NCBI GenBank assembly: GCA_002256025.1
Contig: NKIB01013066.1
Span: forward strand, 1 to 64,000
Length of the DNA stretch: 64,000 nt
Origin: Asterionella formosa
Taxonomy: Eukaryota
Direction of reading: 5' to 3'
Part shown: positions 57,101-64,000 of the stretch, one piece after another
Position numbering within the stretch: position 1 is the stretch's first letter
Layout: the number at the start of each line of letters is the position of its first letter
The notes under the pieces: model-generated
What the model saw: only the letters and a program-made list of their open reading frames with translations
Told to the model about the DNA's origin: nothing
Databases searched by the model: none
Position numbers and translations under genes: made by a program

Positions 57101-60100
57101 AGATACAATCCTCCAGCTGAAAATGCAACCTGCTTTTTGGCTGATGATACCCCCCTCTGCCATAGCGACCATCATTCTTCGTGTGAGGGACCCTAATGGA
57201 AAAACTCTCAGAGCTTGTTGAACCAAGCTGAAAGCGTTACATCCAATTTGAACTCTCAGCATACCCCGAAATGCTGATTTGTCTTCCTCCGCCTTCGCCT
57301 GGAGTCGTATAACCCAAGGATTGGGTCGTTTCTTGATAGCTTGTTCGTATATAGCAGCTTGTCGGCCGTCTTCAAGCGGCACAAACTTTTGAAGCCTGCT
57401 GATAGTAGCTAGTGTCCACATTACCATTGGTTTAGCCGGAGCGCATTTTTGGCAAGGTATTTCCTCGCCATTTTTTTTCGGGGCCTCTGTATTGTCCATA
57501 TAAAGCCACTCAGTGGAGGCAGTTGGCATGGGAACACGTGAAAGCGCAAAAGCCATCTCATCAAAGATGCGCTTCGATTTTCGAAGATTTAACTCCATGA
57601 AGCCCCCATCATTACGGTCGCATTCATCAAAAAGCTTGTCTTTTGTTGACAAGGGGACCTGGCATGATAGGATCTCTGGACACGCTTTCCAGCCATCTTC
57701 CGCAAGTCCCACTGCAAGCTTCGACCCAGTCTTGGGAATAGCGACAGTGAGAGAAGAAGTATCATCTTGATCCATGTCACATTTCATGGCAGCGGTTTGG
57801 TGCCCTTCCCAAATACCTGGGACTAGTGCGCTTACTAGTCGCTCAGGTCCGTCGCCCTCCTTGATTTCGCATCGGTAACATTCAGAGGGATCAATCTGTA
57901 GGATTACATCCCTGTACTCACCGTACTTGGTGCGATGCTTCGATGTTGAGAACACAAACACATCCTCATCGCCTGTGTTGCAACGACCGCTTTGCAAAAA
58001 GAAGAAAATGCTTTCACCGCCTTCCTCACTAGCTGAGGGTGTCACTCGCTTGTGCATAGAACCACAAGCACCGCCGCATTTTGGCAATAGCAAGTATGTG
58101 CCTGCAATTGCATCACTTACAGAAGTGTTGCCAGCACTAATCACCTTGACTTCAATGCTTTCGTAACGCTTCTCGTTTTCGAAGTCACCTAAGATCCCCA
58201 ATTTGGCTCGCCAACTGTCAACTTTCTCCCCCACACCCTTGATGCTCAACTTGATGGAATCTTTCTGCGGGATACAAACCTCCCATGTACCATCGATGAA
58301 ACTCTTGGATTGTGACCGGTTCAAGCGCATTCGAGCTATAGGGCGCTCTAATGCGTCTCTGAGTTCCTCTTTCTCGGGAGGGACTTTGGCAAACAAGAAC
58401 CATGTGGCATTTGAACGCGATACACGGAGCTCAAGCTTTGACCCTTTGACTGTGGTGTATGTTGCTGTCCAGATATTTGTCCTAGTTACGCTGTTGAACC
58501 TGTATTCGTCAGCGCAAGGTGAAGTAGACGATTGAAGCGCCTCTGTCCAGCTAGACCAGCAAGCAGAATCCATATTTTCGGGCTTGCTGATACCCCCAAT
58601 ATTAAAACCATGGAGCTCAATTCTCATTGGCAGCAAGTTTAAAAGTTCTTTTTTGAAGGTTTCTGGTGACACTCTTTTCGTGTTAAGAGGCATGGGCTGA
58701 AACTCGTGCTCCTCAAACTTTCTCGCTGGAGTTTCATCATCTATGCTCGACGTGTGTCCACAGGATTTGCACACAAGCAGTTCGGACGGAGGCAAAGTCT
58801 TCTCAATTCCTTCGCTAGAGCACATTCTTGCAGATGCAAAGGCGTTGCTCAATACGTTTTCAAGCAGTTGAGATCCACTTTCAGCAGCAGATTCCATGAT
58901 GGGACCCAGCCTTATTTTGGTTTCAACGTAATCTCCCATATGTCGACTGACTTCAACTTCAGGATTGGCTGGTGTCAGGGCCCTAGGGACTAATGAGTGA
59001 ACAATAGATCCCACCGACTTTTCTTGGACCACGTCCAATGCATCGTGTCCGAGAAGCAAAGCACTGAGGATACAAGCTCCCACAACAGTTGTGCTCATTG
59101 CGTTGCCGGCTAAATCCTTCAGATTTTCCTCCGTCTCTTTTGTCAGAATAAGATTTTCAGCAGGGATACCCTGTAGAAGAAGAAGCTCCTCGCCCACAAG
59201 GGGCCCTCCTCGATTAGTAACATATGGAACACCAGTAGGAGTCAAACTGTATGGAAAATGCCACGGTTAGCCCAAATCGTTACGAAGAAAGCGTTGCAAT
59301 TGCTATATTTCTTCGTCCTGTTTATCTTTTATACGCACCATTGACTTAAACCCAATTTTCCCATTGTGTCGCGGTCGACATTTTGCGAAACGTTCCAAAC
59401 CATAGTCTTTTCAGTGCAGTCAACTCCCTCCTTCGCGAGTCGCAAAGTGTTGATGTCCATCAAATCGTGAATGCGATGGACTTGGGCATTGCTCCATTCG
59501 TTCCAGGCAAAACTCGGCATCGTAGTCTTCCCAGATTCAGACCACCCAGTGAGAGGTCTCTTGTCGCCAAGATCTTCATCATTGCGGCATTTGAGATGTC
59601 GAGATTCACATTTTGTCCAGTCAACTCTTCCAGTGCGTTCTTCGCTGGCTTCGCCTCGAGCATTGCATGATAGTCGGGCTCTGCCACGAATTACACGAGG
59701 GTCATCATTAGCAAACATAAATGCATCCAACGAAGCTGATGCTGGACGCTCTAAGCTCTTGACAAGCGATTTCCAACCATCACCCACATTCCCTGGAATC
59801 TTGCTTCCCCGACGGACTGCAAAGAGATACCCGCGTTGCCTAGTGTGGGGAATATAGAATTGCTTGGTATCAACGAAAGAGTACTGTGCAATATACCCAA
59901 TGCTCTCCATAATTTTGACCTTTATATCCCACGGCGCGCCTCGAACATTTTCAAGTATTACAAGGGCAGGTTTGGCCTTTTCAATCCACTCAACCATTCC
60001 GTAAAAGGTCTGCTTACTCTCTCCCTTCTCGCCAGTCTCCTTCATTGATTTCTAAACGAGAACAAGAAAGATTGAGTAAACTGACAAACCTGGTCATCAC

Positions 60101-61643
60101 TTTCATTGTCAACAACTTACCTGCTTGACATTTAAATTCGAGTAATCAACGCAAGAAGTACCGGCCACGAGCATATCTACACATCCAGGAGTGTTCGGTA
60201 CTTGCGCCAAAGATCCATAGGCTGTATGTGCTTGATCATTCCCCAATTCCCGAATATCACGAAAGAGCAAGGGTGGTTGAAAGTTTCGCTCAATGTAGGC
60301 CTGCTTAAACGGCTCAATCTCGCAACTAAAGACGTGCTCAATTTGAATCAAGTGATCAAATGACTTGTCATCCTTGAATTTTGACCGACAAAAGTCTTCA
60401 ATCGATTTGGTAATCATATCCAAGGCCAAAATGGGTGACTCAGTTCCAGAACACATAGTTGCCACTCGCAACGGCCGATGGTGCAATTTTTTCAACAGAG
60501 GTACAATCAAGTTTGTCGTTTTTCCTCCGTCGGTTAGTTTGTTAGAAATCATGTCATCGAACATTTCCTGGGGAGCGGAAATTATGGGTAAGTCAGCGCC
60601 TGCAGAGTAGGCTGCCTTGCCGTAACTTCGACCAGCCCCAGGGGCAGTAGCAGAATCATCCGAAACTTTCGGTTTGGTTGTTGGCTTCTTCTTTGGGGCA
60701 GTTGCTTTCTTTGACTGTTTGCCGTCGAGAAATCCCCACGACTTGGAAGGCGCGGCCTTAGCCTTTTTCTTGGGTGGAGGAGTTGGTTCTTCCTCCTCAG
60801 TTTCTTCGGTCTCCGCAGACAGTTGATCATCTTCTAGTTGATCTTCATCATCGCCATCAGACTTCAGAACAAACGACTCTTCGTCATCGCCTTCTTCCGA
60901 GAAACTGTCGGAATCGACAATAACTTTCCTCTGAACAGCTTTTCTCGGAGAGGTCCTTTTGTTGACCCGAGTAGATATTTCAAATTCTTCGTCTTCGTCG
61001 GAATCCAAAATGAGTTTCTTCTTGACACTTTTTCGTCGGCTGACACGGAGCTCGTCGTCAAATCCGTCATCGTCTAAGATTCTTTGCTTCTTCTGCTTGT
61101 TCTTGATTTCTGGCACGTCATCGTCCGTGTCTGCAACGGAGGAGCGTTTTTCCGACTTCGACGCTCGTGTTTCCAATTTTTTTCGGCCAAGAGACTTTTT
61201 CACCACCTTTTTCTTTTTGGTGTCGGCTTGGAACTGCGCCACGACAGTGCTCATTTCGCCTAATGAGATATCTTCGTCGTCCCCGTCTTCGTAGACAATG
61301 TGGTAGTAGTCCGATGAAAACGAGACAAGTTTGCCAACAAAAAATCCGTGTTCTCCAAAGTCCTGTGAAAGGGTAATGATACATCCAGTTAGTACAGACC
61401 ACCAAGAATTGTATTCCACCCGCCGATTGATTCCATGAATCGACCCAGCTTACCTTCTTAACCTCGGTACCGATTGGATATTTTTGCCTGTGTACCCTAT
61501 TCGACTTCTTTTGTTGACCTTCGTTAACTTCTTCCATTTGCTCCATTTCGTCGTCGGCTCCTTGTTCCTCGTTGACGTGGTTGGCAACTTCAACTGTCTC
61601 GTCAATGTCGTCCTTCTTTTCCTCTTCATCCAGTGGTAGGGTT
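54176..61643 (-). CDS. DNMT5: DNMT5: Tudor-like + C5 DNA methyltransferase + SNF2 ATPase/RING; 5' end lost in gap. Exons >=61643-61454, 61362-60121, 60051-59339, 59246-56819, 56737-54176
   Basis: MTase motifs ATMCSGTESP, FSCEIEPFKQAYIERNF, AGTSCVDYS, ILENV, YIPHTRQRGY, CLTPTG, DLAGNAMS. SNF2 motifs ADEVGYGKT (after splicing), VVDEFHY, LSGTP, RING-like CGHIGCLKC, QAIGRVRRFGQ. All four introns are GT..AG and preserve frame. Confidence 0.95.
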
Positions 61644-62426
61644 NNNNNNNNNNNNNNNNNNNNNNNNNNNNNNNNNNNNNNNNNNNNNNNNNNNNNNNNN
61701 NNNNNNNNNNNNNNNNNNNNNNNNNNNNNNNNNNNNNNNNNNNNNNNNNNNNNNNNNNNNNNNNNNNNNNNNNNNNNNNNNNNNNNNNNNNNNNNNNNNN
61801 NNNNNNNNNNNNNNNNNNNNNNNNNNNNNNNNNNNNNNNNNNNNNNNNNNNNNNNNNNNNNNNNNNNNNNNNNNNNNNNNNNNNNNNNNNNNNNNNNNNN
61901 NNNNNNNNNNNNNNNNNNNNNNNNNNNNNNNNNNNNNNNNNNNNNNNNNNNNNNNNNNNNNNNNNNNNNNNNNNNNNNNNNNNNNNNNNNNNNNNNNNNN
62001 NNNNNNNNNNNNNNNNNNNNNNNNNNNNNNNNNNNNNNNNNNNNNNNNNNNNNNNNNNNNNNNNNNNNNNNNNNNNNNNNNNNNNNNNNNNNNNNNNNNN
62101 NNNNNNNNNNNNNNNNNNNNNNNNNNNNNNNNNNNNNNNNNNNNNNNNNNNNNNNNNNNNNNNNNNNNNNNNNNNNNNNNNNNNNNNNNNNNNNNNNNNN
62201 NNNNNNNNNNNNNNNNNNNNNNNNNNNNNNNNNNNNNNNNNNNNNNNNNNNNNNNNNNNNNNNNNNNNNNNNNNNNNNNNNNNNNNNNNNNNNNNNNNNN
62301 NNNNNNNNNNNNNNNNNNNNNNNNNNNNNNNNNNNNNNNNNNNNNNNNNNNNNNNNNNNNNNNNNNNNNNNNNNNNNNNNNNNNNNNNNNNNNNNNNNNN
62401 NNNNNNNNNNNNNNNNNNNNNNNNNN
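61644..62426. other. Assembly gap (N run)
   Basis: Run of N. Confidence 1.
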
Positions 62427-62517
62427 GGCTTGATTTTATGACATGTTGCTTGCTACATTTCTTTGTTCCATCCTTCATTACCATAGAATACACCACACCA
62501 CCCCGAAGCACACTCTC

Positions 62518-64000
62518 ATGTCGGAAGGAACGGACCGCCTTGTTTTGTCACCAATCAATGCTCAAGACCGCAAACGCCTCATTTTAGAACGACGTCGACA
62601 ACAACAATCCCCTATCGTCGCCTCCATCACACACACAAAGAAACGAGGACTTTTTTGTGCCGACGAGCCGGTTCGACGGCGACTCTGTCATGACAGCAAC
62701 TCCGAATCCACGATGACGAGTCCTCGTCGGTCCTTTCAAGTTGAACGGTCAACCTTATTTGGAAGTGTCATGAAAACGAATCCGAGTACACCCAACAAGC
62801 CAACCAGAACAATCAGCTTGAACCCAACAACTCCAGAAGTGAAGATTGCACCTCGGACGAGTACAGGTTCGAGTCCTGGAGGCCTGCAGAAGATTTTAGA
62901 CAGCTTCACCAGTCCCTTTCGCGGCAAGGATGGGACGCCGGTGAAGTCACCAACGGTGGTGGAGGAAGAATGGAACGAAATGACATTGGACTCCACAGAT
63001 ATTATCGATTGGTCAATTCAGAATCGGTTGAGAGTGGAATGCCATCCAGGAAACTTGATGCCTGCGTCGATTCATCATGATGGCGGCGACGTGGAGCAAG
63101 AAGGGTTGGATATATTTCTTATGGGGTCGTCGTCTTTGGGTCCAACCCCTCGAGGTCAATGGGAGGCTGCCAGGCTCTATTGGCAGTACCCAGCGGATGA
63201 TAGGCAACCTCTAACCAACGAGGTTGCAACCTTGTGGAATAGTGAATTCTCATCAATACCATCGAAGTTTCTTACATCGAAACAAGATCAACTAACGCAG
63301 CTAGCAAATGATAAGGTGCAGGCTGTCCGGGGTCCCCAAGCGCGTTTACAAAAATTGGCGAGAAACATTGTTGTGGATGGCAATGAAAAGAAACGCAGAG
63401 AATGGCAGGATGCATTCAGATCACTCTACTTTGCGTGGCTTCAAACGTTGGAGAGCAAAAAGGCTTATTTCTATGCAGTTCTACCTAATCAAACCATTTT
63501 ATTTCGACCACAGGTGCAATCAGATGGTGTAGTCGTTCCAGCGGTGGTCATGACAACGTCGACGCCGGAACTTCGACGAAGGCTCAACACGGCTGGAGTT
63601 CAACTGTACACCCTGTCAAGCCAAACGAGGTTTGACGAACGAACATGGGCACAACCAGATAATTGTTGTAAGAGTGACGAAGTCAGCACACCTGTTAGAT
63701 CCGATTTGGAAGCTCTAAGGAAAGCTCAGGCCTTTGGAGAAACAGCAGGGGCCGACGTGTCCGTTTCGACCAAATTCGGAAAGCGCTCGTCCACGCGAAA
63801 GATTCCTTCCCTCTTTATAACTGGTGATGACGATTGCTCTGCCTTTTTCGAAATTTATATGAATACCTGCGATGCCAACGAGCTCCCTACGCTGCTGTCC
63901 CGTCGAGTGGGAGGCTTTCTCCATGCCTCCATCAAGACATTAAACGTTACACACCGTCGCGAACAGTACCATAGCTACACGGGCAGTTGCACCAACGAGA
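62518..64000 (+). CDS. DONSON: DONSON (downstream neighbor of Son) replication factor, 3'-partial; absent from the ORF track because it has no stop in the window
   Basis: ATG 62518 opens MSEGTDRLVLSP...IIDWSIQNRLRV...ARLYWQYP...REWQDAFRSLYF...YFYAVLPNQTILFR...STPELRRRL, matching recalled DONSON blocks (DWS...R, YW.P, W..SF.SLY, FY......T.LF). Confidence 0.8.
   Translation, partial: MSEGTDRLVLSPINAQDRKRLILERRRQQQSPIVASITHTKKRGLFCADEPVRRRLCHDSNSESTMTSPRRSFQVERSTLFGSVMKTNPSTPNKPTRTISLNPTTPEVKIAPRTSTGSSPGGLQKILDSFTSPFRGKDGTPVKSPTVVEEEWNEMTLDSTDIIDWSIQNRLRVECHPGNLMPASIHHDGGDVEQEGLDIFLMGSSSLGPTPRGQWEAARLYWQYPADDRQPLTNEVATLWNSEFSSIPSKFLTSKQDQLTQLANDKVQAVRGPQARLQKLARNIVVDGNEKKRREWQDAFRSLYFAWLQTLESKKAYFYAVLPNQTILFRPQVQSDGVVVPAVVMTTSTPELRRRLNTAGVQLYTLSSQTRFDERTWAQPDNCCKSDEVSTPVRSDLEALRKAQAFGETAGADVSVSTKFGKRSSTRKIPSLFITGDDDCSAFFEIYMNTCDANELPTLLSRRVGGFLHASIKTLNVTHRREQYHSYTGSCTNE

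Noticed and set aside
54176..61643. Bacterial restriction-modification or DISARM-like methylase-helicase system
   Set aside because: Spliceosomal introns join all parts into one eukaryotic DNMT5 gene.
51886..62511. ORFs spanning the N runs (51886-52422, 61450-62511 and others)
   Set aside because: Artefacts of assembly gaps.

Overview
Eukaryotic nuclear DNA with short GT-AG introns, most likely a diatom (diatom-type cyclin, ASAFAP-like plastid presequence, DNMT5, diatom-type secreted LRR). About 15 host genes sit in compact, CpG-rich blocks: Rab2, a Ska3-like protein, an RGG-CCCH-WD40 protein, a PDZ protein, a cyclin, a giant coiled-coil protein, a CK2-beta-like protein, a DEAD-box helicase, a renalase-like flavoprotein, an LRR protein, a PA-TM-RING E3 ligase, REI1/ZNF622, isovaleryl-CoA dehydrogenase, DNMT5 and a partial DONSON. 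These alternate with AT-rich, CpG-depleted transposon graveyards at about 6.2-10.2 kb, 15.5-17.7 kb and 25.7-39.0 kb. In the graveyards I could read: a Kolobok-type DNA transposon with both ends intact (TTAA target duplications, 21-bp TIRs, decayed transposase, decayed KolX/P2X7-ballast-like gene); a PIF/Harbinger-like element with a doubled right end; a decayed non-LTR retrotransposon RT; and a Crypton-like GCR1_C relic. The most unusual unexplained signal is a family of palindromic GGTACC/TACCAGG/TACCGG clusters concentrated in promoters and at gene/transposon borders. DNMT5 carries an N-terminal Tudor-like domain and a stop-free in-frame intron inside its Walker A motif. There are two assembly gaps (52009-52337, 61644-62426). 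All protein family calls come from motif recognition by eye, not from database searches.
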